A stretch of 64,000 bases of DNA from Candidatus Enterousia sp. Its GTDB lineage: Bacteria > Pseudomonadota > Alphaproteobacteria > Rs-D84. The notes beneath the pieces are model-generated. The model did not search any database and was not told where the DNA came from. It saw only the letters and a program-made list of their open reading frames with translations. Below, one piece after another: positions 37,430-47,633 of this stretch. The stretch covers positions 10,996-74,995 of the forward strand of contig JAZQRR010000034.1 in the NCBI GenBank assembly GCA_045629645.1. Direction: 5' to 3'. Position numbers and translations under genes: made by a program. Each line of letters begins with the position of its first letter. Position 1 is the first letter of the stretch.

Positions 37430-39064
37430 TTAGTTCAGAGGCGCACCCCAATGCTGCTGAATACTACGTTCTACATCCATTGGGCTAACCAAAACTTGCG
37501 GTGTCAAGATAACAACCAATACTTCACGGGTTGCAGATGTTTCGCGAGAACCAGACAATGCCATAAAGTCAGGGTCGCCTAAACCATATCTGGTGTCTTC
37601 ATTGGTCTGTTTTTCAAAACCAGAAACAACCAACATTTGACCAGATTCCATAATAACTTCTTGCATAAAGCTACGTTCTTCTACTTCTGGTAATTGCAAT
37701 GTTACTTCGCCGATTGTTTGGGTTGACATACGCAACAATTCACGCACAGACATACGGAACAACAGCAAAATCTTGCCATTTTCTAAAACATTTGGCAACA
37801 ACTGCATTGTAAAACCTGTTTCCAAATCATCTTGATCAACAGTACTTGATTCAACAGTTGTAAAGTTTCTGGATTCAAAACGTTTAATATACCCTGTTGT
37901 ACGTGTATTGCTGACCGGTGCGACACGATTACTGCGGGTTGTTACACCAACATTTGTAACCAAAGATACCTTGCCCTGCTTTGCTAATGCCTCTATCAAA
38001 GCACTACTGCCTGCGACACCAGACAATGAACCGTTCATAATATCATCCGCGCTATATGCACCATCAACAGTTACGCCATTTTCTACGTGTGTTGCCCCAG
38101 TCAACGCCGAAACAGCATTAGACAATACCGCAATATTCATAGAACTTGCTTCTGTTGATGCCAAATTATTCTTTGGATTTGCAACAATATTTAATCCTGA
38201 TGTAGAATTAATTGCGGCCGCCAAATTCAATCCGAACGCAGAATCATTAGATATAGTAACCTGCAAAACCTTGACATCAATTGTAATTAATTGGCTAAGA
38301 CGTTTATTTTGTTTTTCAATATACTCCCCAACACGCGCCAGAACAGATGGAGCTGCCGTTACAGTTATTGTCCCTAAACTGCGAGACACGGTAAAATCTG
38401 CATTTTCACTTTTTCCGATAATTGAAGAAATTGCATTTTCTACTTCATCCCACTCTTTCAATGTAGATTCCAACGAAACTTCGTTCGCGTTATCTGTTGA
38501 TACAGATGTTTGATATGCAACCTCGGTTCCCAGGGCATACAAAGTAAATGTTTTTGTTTCTGTTTCATAGAATACAATCGAATTTTTATCATAATACCAC
38601 AATAAATCCAAATCAGTCGCAACCTGAGACAATAAACCAGACAATTTTCCTGTATAAGCAACATTAACTGTCTTGCGCAATTTATCAGCTGCGATTTGAC
38701 TGTCTATTTTCACAGGAATACCTGTTACAGAATAAATATCATTTGCCAACACCTGCAATGAAACAGGTTCGTTCAACAAAATTGTAACACCTGTATCTGA
38801 TTCAAATTGTTTTGGCAAATTATTACGATGTTCCAAAACAGTAGATTTATTTCCCAGCCAAATTCCTTCGGACATAGAAACAGTATCACCCGTAGCAACC
38901 TTGGCACGTGGATTTTTCGCCATTTCAAACGCATCATACGCATTAATAAAATCCTGATCAACGGATGCCGCAACCTTGGCAGATTCTTTTTTTGCACACG
39001 CTGTTACCGCCACCAGAACTAACGCACACAAACCAAATAACTTGATAGCTTTTTTCATATTCAA
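37430..39064 (-). CDS. Secretin-family outer-membrane lipoprotein (type IVb pilus TcpC/BfpB/PilN-like)
   Basis: Lipobox LVAVTAC. The C-terminal secretin domain motif is VVSGFEKQTNEDTRYGLGDPDFMALSGSRETSATREVLVVILTPQVL (the G-G--------G-P-L--IP-LG-LF------R-EL-I-ITP pattern). 544 aa. Confidence 0.7.
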   Translation of the reverse strand: MNMKKAIKLFGLCALVLVAVTACAKKESAKVAASVDQDFINAYDAFEMAKNPRAKVATGDTVSMSEGIWLGNKSTVLEHRNNLPKQFESDTGVTILLNEPVSLQVLANDIYSVTGIPVKIDSQIAADKLRKTVNVAYTGKLSGLLSQVATDLDLLWYYDKNSIVFYETETKTFTLYALGTEVAYQTSVSTDNANEVSLESTLKEWDEVENAISSIIGKSENADFTVSRSLGTITVTAAPSVLARVGEYIEKQNKRLSQLITIDVKVLQVTISNDSAFGLNLAAAINSTSGLNIVANPKNNLASTEASSMNIAVLSNAVSALTGATHVENGVTVDGAYSADDIMNGSLSGVAGSSALIEALAKQGKVSLVTNVGVTTRSNRVAPVSNTRTTGYIKRFESRNFTTVESSTVDQDDLETGFTMQLLPNVLENGKILLLFRMSVRELLRMSTQTIGEVTLQLPEVEERSFMQEVIMESGQMLVVSGFEKQTNEDTRYGLGDPDFMALSGSRETSATREVLVVILTPQVLVSPMDVERSIQQHWGAPLN

Positions 39065-39088
39065 TCTCTCCCTTGGGACACTGCCATA

Positions 39089-39976
39089 TTATTGTTCACC
39101 TGTTGATATTACTAACACCCTATTTCCCTTGTAGAATTTAGCATAAGGTATTGGTGTTGCACGACCAAAATTACGAACCAACGCAGACGCCACATCAACA
39201 AAACGTCCCTTGAACACTGCACTTGCTTCTATTGGATATTCACGTGCAGTTGCCCACACCAAATCCCAACCTTCTTTATCACACCAATCTTGCAAAACCT
39301 GACGCAAAGTCTGTCCATTTGCAACAACCCAAGAACGCACCTGATCAGTCATACTTGCTGGCGCTTCTGCATCAGCAGACACATCAACCGCAATTTCTGT
39401 ATCACTTGTTTGTTGTTTTTCTTCAACAATCATCCCCATTTTCTGTGCAAACGCATCATATCCATCAGCATATTTTCCACAGTTTTTACGTCCGCTGCGC
39501 GACACAGTCAACACATTACCACCATCATCTTCTAAAACTTCGCGATGCAACAATGGCATTTCAGAATTATTATTACATTCATCATCAAAACCAACAGGAA
39601 TCTGATTACCATGCAACATATTTGCACCACCAGACCAACCAGAAAATTCCCCACGAGTCCCCATATTTATATTGTTTTCAACAATCAAATCGGCACCAAT
39701 CTTAGAAACAATACGAATATTGTCTGAACTTTCAGATCTTGAACAATTATTCATTTCACAACTAACCTCGACATCTGCATCTGACCCAACCAATGGCCAC
39801 GCAGGCACATCACGATAAGTTTCAACAACATCAATTTGTTCCTGAATATCATCATTCACAAATCTTTCCTGTTCATAAATAACTTCTGATGTTACAACTT
39901 GGGGCAACATATCGTTCGCACTACAATACCCCGCCGCAGTGGCAAACATCGCGAAAATCAAGACTTTGCGAAACAT
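39089..39976 (-). CDS. Secreted protein with a C-terminal TcpQ/PilL-like domain (putative secretin partner)
   Basis: Signal peptide MFRKVLIFAMFATAAGYCSA. The C-terminus W--ANGQTLRQVLQDWCDKEGWDLVWATAREYPIEASAVFKGRFVDVASALV...KFYKGNRVLVI fits the conserved TcpQ/ICE PilL pattern recalled from memory (GW-LVW...Y-I-A---F-G-F--A...Y-GNRVL-I). It lies 24 bp upstream of the secretin gene. Confidence 0.45.
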   Translation of the reverse strand: MFRKVLIFAMFATAAGYCSANDMLPQVVTSEVIYEQERFVNDDIQEQIDVVETYRDVPAWPLVGSDADVEVSCEMNNCSRSESSDNIRIVSKIGADLIVENNINMGTRGEFSGWSGGANMLHGNQIPVGFDDECNNNSEMPLLHREVLEDDGGNVLTVSRSGRKNCGKYADGYDAFAQKMGMIVEEKQQTSDTEIAVDVSADAEAPASMTDQVRSWVVANGQTLRQVLQDWCDKEGWDLVWATAREYPIEASAVFKGRFVDVASALVRNFGRATPIPYAKFYKGNRVLVISTGEQ

Positions 39977-40151
39977 AAAACTTCCTTTCCCTAAAAAAAT
40001 AACCTGTTATTTTATGTACATTATAACAATTTGACCGAATCTGTGCAAGACTTAAAAAAACTCAAAAAAGATAAAATCGTACGAATCGCAAAAAGTATGT
40101 TATACTAGACGTTGAAAAACACAAAAAACATATAACAAAAGGCACACAAAC

Positions 40152-40694
40152 ATGACAAATTTATTCTTATTTATCTTGCTGGGACTGACTATTATTTTGT
40201 TTTCACTGACATTTGTGTACATATACAAGATTAACACACGTGTTGCCAACATAACAAAAACTATCGAACATCAATATAACCTGATTGTAAAAATCCAATC
40301 TGTTTTGAAAAATAAATCCGCGACCAATGCCATTGCCGAAAACGCTGAAATGATTTACCAAGACTTATTACAAAGCCTGATTCCGATAATGGCAGCTATC
40401 GACATAATGCCACGCACTACCCAAGAACACCCACTGTGGCGGGCACTGGGGGGAATTCTAGATGAATACGCAAAAAACCCATTTGCGCTTGAAAAACTAC
40501 GTCGCAGCATAAAACTGGACTCTGAAATTGCACGCAATGTCGATAATTATATGCGACGCGCCGATACATTTTTACATCATTTAACAACAACAGAACCTGA
40601 CGGCCTATTATCTTCCACCTTTACAGACGGTCTGCTGGGACAATCTTTGACATTTTTTGCCCAGGCAAAACAATTGGCAATGCAAAGTAACTAA
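40152..40694 (+). CDS. Hypothetical membrane-anchored protein
   Basis: N-terminal TM (LFLFILLGLTIILFSLTFVYIY) followed by a helical domain. It ends 10 bp before sufB. Confidence 0.4.
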   Translation: MTNLFLFILLGLTIILFSLTFVYIYKINTRVANITKTIEHQYNLIVKIQSVLKNKSATNAIAENAEMIYQDLLQSLIPIMAAIDIMPRTTQEHPLWRALGGILDEYAKNPFALEKLRRSIKLDSEIARNVDNYMRRADTFLHHLTTTEPDGLLSSTFTDGLLGQSLTFFAQAKQLAMQSN

Positions 40695-40703
40695 ACAAAG
40701 AAT

Positions 40704-42032
40704 ATGGCACAACTTTCAGAAAATCTTATACGTGAAATTTCTAGAAAACGTAACGAGCCAGACTGGTTATTACAATGGCGTGTGGGCGCATATCGCGCAT
40801 GGACAAAAATGTCTGAACCACATTGGGCTGAAATAGAATACACACCAATTGATTATAACGACTTGGATTATTATAACCAGGCACCACCAGTAGATAACTC
40901 TGATTTAAACGCTATTTACGATAAGATGGGACTGCCCGCTGGTGAAAAAAAAGCATTAATGGGAATGGCAACAGATACCGTCATCGACAGCCGCTCTGTA
41001 CACACTTCTTACACTGCCGAACTGCAACGCCTGGGCATAATATTTATGCCAATGTCTGACGCTGTACAACAACACCCAGAACTTGTAAAAACATATCTGG
41101 GCAGCATCGTGCCACAAACAGACAATTTTTTTGCAGCCCTGAACGCCGCAGTGTTTTCAGATGGCACATTTGTATATATACCAAAAAACACAAAATGCCC
41201 CATTGATTTGGCCAGTTTTTTCAGAATTGAAACTGCAAAAATCGGGCAATTTGAACGCACGTTAATAATCGCAGACACAGGCGCAGAATTATCTTATATG
41301 GAAGGTTGCAGCGCCCCACGCAGAACACGCAACCAACTGCACAGTGGTGTCGTTGAAATCATCGCCCACGAAAACGCCACAATCAAATACGCAACTGTTC
41401 AAAACTGGTTTGCCGGCGACTTTGACGGCAAAAAAAACACTGGTGGAATTTTTAATTTTGTAACCAAGCGTGGACAATGCGATAACAATGCAAAAATTTT
41501 ATGGACACAGATGGAGATAGGTTCTGCCCTGACATGGAAATACCCATCTACAATTTTACGCGGAAACAATGCGTACAGCGACTTTTTTTCACTGTCCATA
41601 ACACGTGGTGGTCAAATGGCAGACACCGGCACAAAAATGATTCACATTGGAAACAACACAACATCTAATATTGTGTCATACGGTGTCGCAACTGACTCAT
41701 CACATCAAACATTTCGCAGTATGGTTTCTTTTTCTGGCAACGACTGTACAAACGTTTCAAAATGCGACAGCAGAATCATTGGAAATAACGCAACAGCAAA
41801 TACCCTGCCACGCATCATTCACAATGGCAAAAACAATCAACAATCACACGAAGCCACAACAGGGACAATTGATCCAAACGCTTTATTTTACTTAAATTCC
41901 GCGGGACTAGACACCGACACGGCAACATCTTTGATTATTGGTGCCACCGCCACACCTGTACTGTCTCGGCTACCAATGGAATTCTTAGTAGAATCTAAAC
42001 AACTGATACAAATGGCATTATCAAAGGATTAA
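40704..42032 (+). CDS. sufB: Fe-S cluster assembly protein SufB
   Basis: ELSYMEGCSAP...GVVEIIAHENATIKY...KILWTQMEIGSALTWKYPS, the SufB/SufD-family signature. Confidence 0.8.
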   Translation: MAQLSENLIREISRKRNEPDWLLQWRVGAYRAWTKMSEPHWAEIEYTPIDYNDLDYYNQAPPVDNSDLNAIYDKMGLPAGEKKALMGMATDTVIDSRSVHTSYTAELQRLGIIFMPMSDAVQQHPELVKTYLGSIVPQTDNFFAALNAAVFSDGTFVYIPKNTKCPIDLASFFRIETAKIGQFERTLIIADTGAELSYMEGCSAPRRTRNQLHSGVVEIIAHENATIKYATVQNWFAGDFDGKKNTGGIFNFVTKRGQCDNNAKILWTQMEIGSALTWKYPSTILRGNNAYSDFFSLSITRGGQMADTGTKMIHIGNNTTSNIVSYGVATDSSHQTFRSMVSFSGNDCTNVSKCDSRIIGNNATANTLPRIIHNGKNNQQSHEATTGTIDPNALFYLNSAGLDTDTATSLIIGATATPVLSRLPMEFLVESKQLIQMALSKD

Positions 42033-42035
42033 AAA

Positions 42036-42713
42036 ATGCTAAAAATACAAAACTTATCTGTATCTTTCCAAGACAAAGAATTACTATCAGATATAAATCT
42101 GAACATTTCATCTGGCGCACGCGTGTTATTAACAGGCCATAACGGCAGTGGAAAATCTACACTGGTCGGCACCATTGCAGGTAACGAACAATACACTATC
42201 ACATCAGGGAAAATAATATTTAACGGGCAAGATATAACGAATGAAAACGCAACAACACGCGCACTGCTGGGTATTTTCTTGGGCGCACAAAACGTACCAG
42301 AAATCCCAGGTCTAAGTATTATCAGCCTGTTAAAACACTCTTGCAATGCCCACCACCACTTTCAAACCGGCAAAGATTTACCAATGGGCGAATTATTAGA
42401 AAAGATAGACAATGCACGTACCACATTAAATATTCCACGCGAATGGTTGAACCGCAGCATAAACGTTGGTTTTTCTGGTGGCGAACGCAAAAAAATTATG
42501 TTGTTACGTCTATTAATGGCACAACCAAAACTTGCCATTTTGGACGAACCAGACTCTGGCGCAGATACAGAAACACAAGCTTTGATTGCAAACACAATTA
42601 AATCTATGCCAAATACAACGTTTATTATTATCAGTCATCAACAAGCCTTTACCGAATTAATACAACCTACACACACAACAGCTTTATCAAATGGAAAAAA
42701 TATGATAAAATAA
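42036..42713 (+). CDS. sufC: Fe-S cluster assembly ATPase SufC
   Basis: Walker A GHNGSGKSTL, ABC signature FSGGERKK, Walker B ILDEPDSG. Confidence 0.85.
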   Translation: MLKIQNLSVSFQDKELLSDINLNISSGARVLLTGHNGSGKSTLVGTIAGNEQYTITSGKIIFNGQDITNENATTRALLGIFLGAQNVPEIPGLSIISLLKHSCNAHHHFQTGKDLPMGELLEKIDNARTTLNIPREWLNRSINVGFSGGERKKIMLLRLLMAQPKLAILDEPDSGADTETQALIANTIKSMPNTTFIIISHQQAFTELIQPTHTTALSNGKNMIK

Positions 42714-42738
42714 ACATGTCTATCCAAGGAGTATTTTC

Positions 42739-43668
42739 ATGACACAACAATCAACATTATCCAGATGGAACATTTTTGCACCGTTGAAATTTTCTGGTCT
42801 GTTTTTTATTTGTACAACAGCAATATCATTTTTATATATGTTGATTTTTAAATCTTTTTCACACGCAAACATAATACCCCAAACACCACTGATGACAATA
42901 ATATTTATCTGTTTTATTGCGTGCGCATATCACATGTTCAGACGATTACCACGTACACAACTGGACAAGAAATCTTTTATTACATTACACACGTCACAAA
43001 CACTTATCATTTCAACAATATTTATATTAACAACATTATTATTAGCCAATAACTTTAACAGAATAATATATAACCTGATAATACTAGAATCACAATCTCC
43101 TGTATTATTCTTTTGCACTATCATAATATCTGCACTTATAATTTTATATATAACCGGCATATCTCTTTCTAATCTATACGCCAAGTTCTGGCGCGTACGC
43201 GCGTTTAACATCCCTGCATGGAAAATCGTATGCAGTATGCCTTTTGGATTCGCAGGACTGTGGTCTGCTGGTTATTTCTTAGATACACCAAACAAAAAAA
43301 ATCATACTGTAACGGCAAAAACAAAATGGTTCTCTGACCTGATAAACAAAATAACCAAGAACACAAAAACATTAATATTTGCATTTGTTACAACAACATT
43401 GATATCTGGATTTTTCTTTGGTTTAAATGCAGTATTATTAACATTAATGCTAGCTACAATATTTGGAATATGCACGCTAAACAAAGATAAACAACAATTT
43501 GCAAAAAACATATCTGGCAAATATTGCAACGCAATGATTATCATAAACATTGTTTTAATTACTGTCTTTGCAGTCATATTTTCAACCAGTTCACCAACCA
43601 ATACGACATCTGTTACAAACTCAGAATCAATAACCATCACAGACACAAACACAGGGGACGCAAAATGA
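42739..43668 (+). CDS. Hypothetical polytopic membrane protein (occupies the position where sufD would be expected)
   Basis: 309 aa with ~8 predicted TM helices and no SufD motifs. Confidence 0.45.
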   Translation: MTQQSTLSRWNIFAPLKFSGLFFICTTAISFLYMLIFKSFSHANIIPQTPLMTIIFICFIACAYHMFRRLPRTQLDKKSFITLHTSQTLIISTIFILTTLLLANNFNRIIYNLIILESQSPVLFFCTIIISALIILYITGISLSNLYAKFWRVRAFNIPAWKIVCSMPFGFAGLWSAGYFLDTPNKKNHTVTAKTKWFSDLINKITKNTKTLIFAFVTTTLISGFFFGLNAVLLTLMLATIFGICTLNKDKQQFAKNISGKYCNAMIIINIVLITVFAVIFSTSSPTNTTSVTNSESITITDTNTGDAK

Positions 43669-44708
43669 ATGGGATAATAATTGCCGCAGGATTAATCTTC
43701 TTTTTATGGATTGGCAGATCCATATTAATACCATTGTTAATTGCAACTTTTTTATGGTATCTAATGAATGCGATATCCGACTATTTTCGTCGCGCATTAC
43801 CATACAAAACATATAACAATACCAAAGGGAAAATACTAAATCGTATTTTCAATCTTGTATCATACATAACGACTTTTGCAGTCCTGTGTGGGGTTATATA
43901 TTTATTCGCCACGCAAATCCGACCGATGTTCACAGAACTGGTCGCGGCATTACCTGCCCTGCAAGAAAAACTGGCGAATTTTGGCACCTATTTATCTTCA
44001 TCGCTTGACATCAAGTTTGATTCCAACACAATCCCGAACTTTACCAAAATCGCAACCAACATCGGTTCTTCATTGGCCGGCATTGCAACATCTTTTGGTA
44101 TGATATTGGTATATATGATATTTATGTTCGTCGAACAAAGTACATTTAACAATAAATTTGCGGCGCTGTTTTCAAATAAACGCCAGACAAAAAAATCCAG
44201 ATATATTCTGGACAGCATTGATTACAACATGAAGAAATATCTGTTTGTAAAGACAACCATATCCGCAATAACAGGTATATTATCCTTTATTTGGTTAGAA
44301 ATGATAGGCATTGAATTTGCTGGGATATGGGCATTTATTGTATTCGTTACCAGTTATATTCCAACAATCGGCGCATTTGTTGCGTGCGGTCTGCCGATAT
44401 TATATTCGCTGATATCTGCACCATCGTTACAGCAACCGATATTAACAGCCATTGGCTTAATTGGTCTGCAAATTATATTTGGAAACATACTTGAACCAAA
44501 ACTAACAGGAAAAACTTTAAACCTGTCCACATTAGCAATATTAATAAACTTGGTTTTCTGGGGTATGATATGGGGCATTGCCGGTATGTTTTTCAGCGTA
44601 CCAATGCTGGTTGCAATATACATCATTTGTGCCCAGTTTGATTCAACACGTTGGGTTGCGGTATTACTGTCAGCTGATGGAAATATACCCGACAAACGCG
44701 AAGATTAA
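43665..44708 (+). CDS. AI-2E family transporter (PerM/YhhT-like)
   Basis: Multi-TM protein with an AI-2E-like conserved C-terminal region (FWGMIWGIAGMFFSVPM). Confidence 0.6.
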   Translation: MNGIIIAAGLIFFLWIGRSILIPLLIATFLWYLMNAISDYFRRALPYKTYNNTKGKILNRIFNLVSYITTFAVLCGVIYLFATQIRPMFTELVAALPALQEKLANFGTYLSSSLDIKFDSNTIPNFTKIATNIGSSLAGIATSFGMILVYMIFMFVEQSTFNNKFAALFSNKRQTKKSRYILDSIDYNMKKYLFVKTTISAITGILSFIWLEMIGIEFAGIWAFIVFVTSYIPTIGAFVACGLPILYSLISAPSLQQPILTAIGLIGLQIIFGNILEPKLTGKTLNLSTLAILINLVFWGMIWGIAGMFFSVPMLVAIYIICAQFDSTRWVAVLLSADGNIPDKRED

Positions 44709-44740
44709 AAAACGCGCTATACATAATAAAACCGGACTTT

Positions 44741-45187
44741 TTATACAGTCCGGTTTATCATTGCAATCGCATTTTCAAGTATCACACGTGCAGATTCCGA
44801 ATCTAATTTTTCTTTTAAATCACGCACCCTGACACGTCCCATAGACTCCTGTGCTGCAGCAGAAGTTAAATTTTCTTCGATAGTCACAACAGGTAAATCT
44901 GTCTTGGTCGATAAATCCATAATAAAATCACGCACCAACTTTGTTGTTTCAGATTCGCTGCCATCGTTTCTTACTGGCAAACCAACAACGATACCAACAA
45001 CATTTTCTGCTGCTGCCATTTCTGCAACAGCAACAGCGTGTTCCACCGATTTAAAAATCATTGTTGGACGCGTAAAAACAAACTGTCTGGACGGATCAGA
45101 CACCGCCACCCCCAGACGTCGTTGTCCCCAATCAACCCCTAATATACGTCCTTCACGCGGAAAAGCCTTGAAATCTGGTAAAATCAT
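44741..45187 (-). CDS. ruvX: Holliday-junction resolvase-like RuvX/YqgF
   Basis: ILGVDWGQRRLGVAVSD...VGLP motifs of the YqgF RNase H-like family. Confidence 0.75.
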   Translation of the reverse strand: MILPDFKAFPREGRILGVDWGQRRLGVAVSDPSRQFVFTRPTMIFKSVEHAVAVAEMAAAENVVGIVVGLPVRNDGSESETTKLVRDFIMDLSTKTDLPVVTIEENLTSAAAQESMGRVRVRDLKEKLDSESARVILENAIAMINRTV

Positions 45188-45223
45188 TGTATAATTCCCT
45201 TTGTTTTTAATATAGGATTCAAA

Positions 45224-45520
45224 ATGGCATTTAGCAAGCAACAATTACAAAAATTTGCAGATTTAATTCGCATTGAAATCAGCCCAGAAAAACTGGAAGA
45301 AATGAACATCGATTCTGTTGTCGAATGGCTGGACAAGGTACAACAAATTGACACAACGGGCGTTAATCCAATGTTAAGTCCATCTGAACACACCCTGCCC
45401 CAACGCGAAGATGTTGTCACTGACGGCAACATTCGTGATTTGATTCTGGCAAACACACCTGACAACGCCGGCACATCGCGCGGTTATTTCGCAGTACCCA
45501 AGGTTATGGATGGGGACTAA
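45224..45520 (+). CDS. gatC: Glutamyl/aspartyl-tRNA amidotransferase subunit C
   Basis: 98 aa; ...LDKVQQIDTTGVNPM... is typical GatC. Confidence 0.8.
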   Translation: MAFSKQQLQKFADLIRIEISPEKLEEMNIDSVVEWLDKVQQIDTTGVNPMLSPSEHTLPQREDVVTDGNIRDLILANTPDNAGTSRGYFAVPKVMDGD

Positions 45521-45953
45521 ACAAATGACACCTGACAAGAACATTCCTGTAAATTTTGTTCAATACGAACAGTACGAACATTACCCAAACCATGTTGCAC
45601 ATCTGGGGTATATTGGTTCGGATGAATTAAAAGAACTGATGAGTGTTTTTAACACCAATAAAATTGCACAAAACGCATGCATTTGTTCATTGAACTTGTC
45701 TTATTCAGAACAAACACGTTTTGGTCGCACGCCTGGCGGCAACAAACACTATTGCGCCCTAGATATCGACACAATGTTCTATTTCGACCAATATCCACAA
45801 TGCGGCAAACAAAATTGCCCACTTAACGAAGAAGATAAAATAAAACGTTGCGCACGCAATTTGAAAAACGGCAAATGTCTGGATGAATTTATACGCAACA
45901 CCCTGGGCGTGGCGTTATTCCCCGAGCATTATAAAAAAGACAAACAAAAGTAA
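45510..45953 (+). CDS. Hypothetical Cys-rich protein inserted between gatC and gatA
   Basis: 147 aa with several CxxC-like spacings (CICSLN, CGKQNCP, RCARNLKNGKC). No recognisable family. Confidence 0.4.
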   Translation: MGTKQMTPDKNIPVNFVQYEQYEHYPNHVAHLGYIGSDELKELMSVFNTNKIAQNACICSLNLSYSEQTRFGRTPGGNKHYCALDIDTMFYFDQYPQCGKQNCPLNEEDKIKRCARNLKNGKCLDEFIRNTLGVALFPEHYKKDKQK

Positions 45954-45964
45954 AAGAAGAAAAG

Positions 45965-47431
45965 ATGATAAACTTAACATTGACCGAAGCATTACAAAAA
46001 CTAAACAACCGTGAAATTTCCGCAGTGGAATTAACAAGGTGCTATTTGGACCGTATTGAAAAATATGGTGCAGATTTAAATTGCTATATTACAACAACAC
46101 CTGAACGCGCAATGGCAGACGCCGCCGCATCAGATGCACGTCGTGCCGCTGGCGAAGCGCACTTTTTGGATGGCGCACCAATCGCAATGAAAGATATGTT
46201 CGCAACACGTGGCATTCGCACAACTGCGGCATCACGCATGCTGGAAAATTTTGTTCCAGAATACGAATCGACTGTTTCGCAAAAATGTATTGATGCAGGC
46301 ACTGTATTATTGGGCAAAGCCAATTTGGACGAGTTTGCAATGGGAACTTTCAGCAAAACCAGTTTCTTTGGCGCCCCTGTAAATCCATGGCAAATGGAAA
46401 AACGTTTAACCGCAGGCGGCTCGTCTGGTGGTTCTTCATCGGCGGTCGCATCTGGTTTGGCAATCGCTGCCACAGGTACAGATACGGGTGGTTCAATACG
46501 TTTTCCTGCGGCCATCACTGGATTGGTTGGTATGAAACCAACATATGGTCTGTGCTCTCGTTGGGGATGTGTTGCATACGCATCCAGTCTGGACACCCCA
46601 GGTCCAATTGCACGCACATCAGATGACGCCGCGTTAATGTTATCTGCCATGGCTGGACACGACCCAAAAGATTCAACCAGTGCGACAAATGGTTTTGTTT
46701 GCACGGGCCCACTGGAACCAATCTTGGGCGACGGTAAAAAATTACGCGTTGGTATAATCAAAGAATTTATGGACGTCGAAGTATCCCAAGATATGAAAGA
46801 TTTGTTTAACGCCCGCCTGAACGATTTAAAATCAATGGGTGCAGAAATTATCGAAGTATCTATTCCAAACATTTTGGATGCATTGGCGGCATATTATATC
46901 ATCGCCCCAGCCGAAGCATCATCAAACTTGGCACGCTATGACGGTATGCGTTACGGATTACGCGTCGAAGGTAATGATTTAATAGACACTTACAAAAAAA
47001 CACGTGCAGCAGGCTTTGGTGACGAAGTACAACGTCGTATGATTATCGGCACAGCAGTATTGTCCAGCGAATCGTACGAAGTATATTTTATGCAGGCAGC
47101 ACGTGTACGCCGCATGTTGGCAGACAGTTTTAACAGCGCATTTGAACAGTGCGATTTAATACTGTGTCCATCCAGTGCCGGCACTGCAATGCCACTGGAT
47201 TCTGATTTATCGCCACTGGAATATTACGCATTAGACTTATTCACAGTTGCAATGAACTTGGTTGGCGTTCCTGCATGCAGTGTACCTGCAGGCTTGGCAC
47301 AAAACGGTCTGCCATTGGGTCTGCAAGTAATCGGACGCCGTTTTGATGATATGCGCGTTTTACAGTTGGCAAAACACATCGAAATTGCATCAAATATCGA
47401 TAATCGCCCAACAACAATTATGGGAAAGTAA
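45965..47431 (+). CDS. gatA: Glutamyl/aspartyl-tRNA amidotransferase subunit A
   Basis: Amidase signature GGSSGGSSSAVA...TDTGGSIRFPAA. Confidence 0.9.
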   Translation: MINLTLTEALQKLNNREISAVELTRCYLDRIEKYGADLNCYITTTPERAMADAAASDARRAAGEAHFLDGAPIAMKDMFATRGIRTTAASRMLENFVPEYESTVSQKCIDAGTVLLGKANLDEFAMGTFSKTSFFGAPVNPWQMEKRLTAGGSSGGSSSAVASGLAIAATGTDTGGSIRFPAAITGLVGMKPTYGLCSRWGCVAYASSLDTPGPIARTSDDAALMLSAMAGHDPKDSTSATNGFVCTGPLEPILGDGKKLRVGIIKEFMDVEVSQDMKDLFNARLNDLKSMGAEIIEVSIPNILDALAAYYIIAPAEASSNLARYDGMRYGLRVEGNDLIDTYKKTRAAGFGDEVQRRMIIGTAVLSSESYEVYFMQAARVRRMLADSFNSAFEQCDLILCPSSAGTAMPLDSDLSPLEYYALDLFTVAMNLVGVPACSVPAGLAQNGLPLGLQVIGRRFDDMRVLQLAKHIEIASNIDNRPTTIMGK

Positions 47432-47502
47432 AAAAATGAATAATACATCATCTCTTTTAACAATAAAAAAATCGACCGCAACGGTCGAAAGAAAGGAGAT
47501 GA

Positions 47503-47578
47503 TGGTGGCTAGGGACGGAATCGAACCGCCGACACAGGGATTTTCAGTCCCTTGCTCTACCAACTGAGCTACCTAGCC
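47503..47578 (-). tRNA. tRNA-Phe (GAA)
   Basis: The reverse complement GGCTAGGTAGCTCAGTTGGTAGAGCAAGGGACTGAAAATCCCTGTGTCGGCGGTTCGATTCCGTCCCTAGCCACCA folds as a cloverleaf. The anticodon loop is CTGAAAA and a CCA end is encoded. Confidence 0.85.
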
Positions 47579-47633
47579 AACGCGAGGACAATAATAAGAT
47601 ACAAAAAATAAAAAATCAAGGGAAAAAGAAAAA

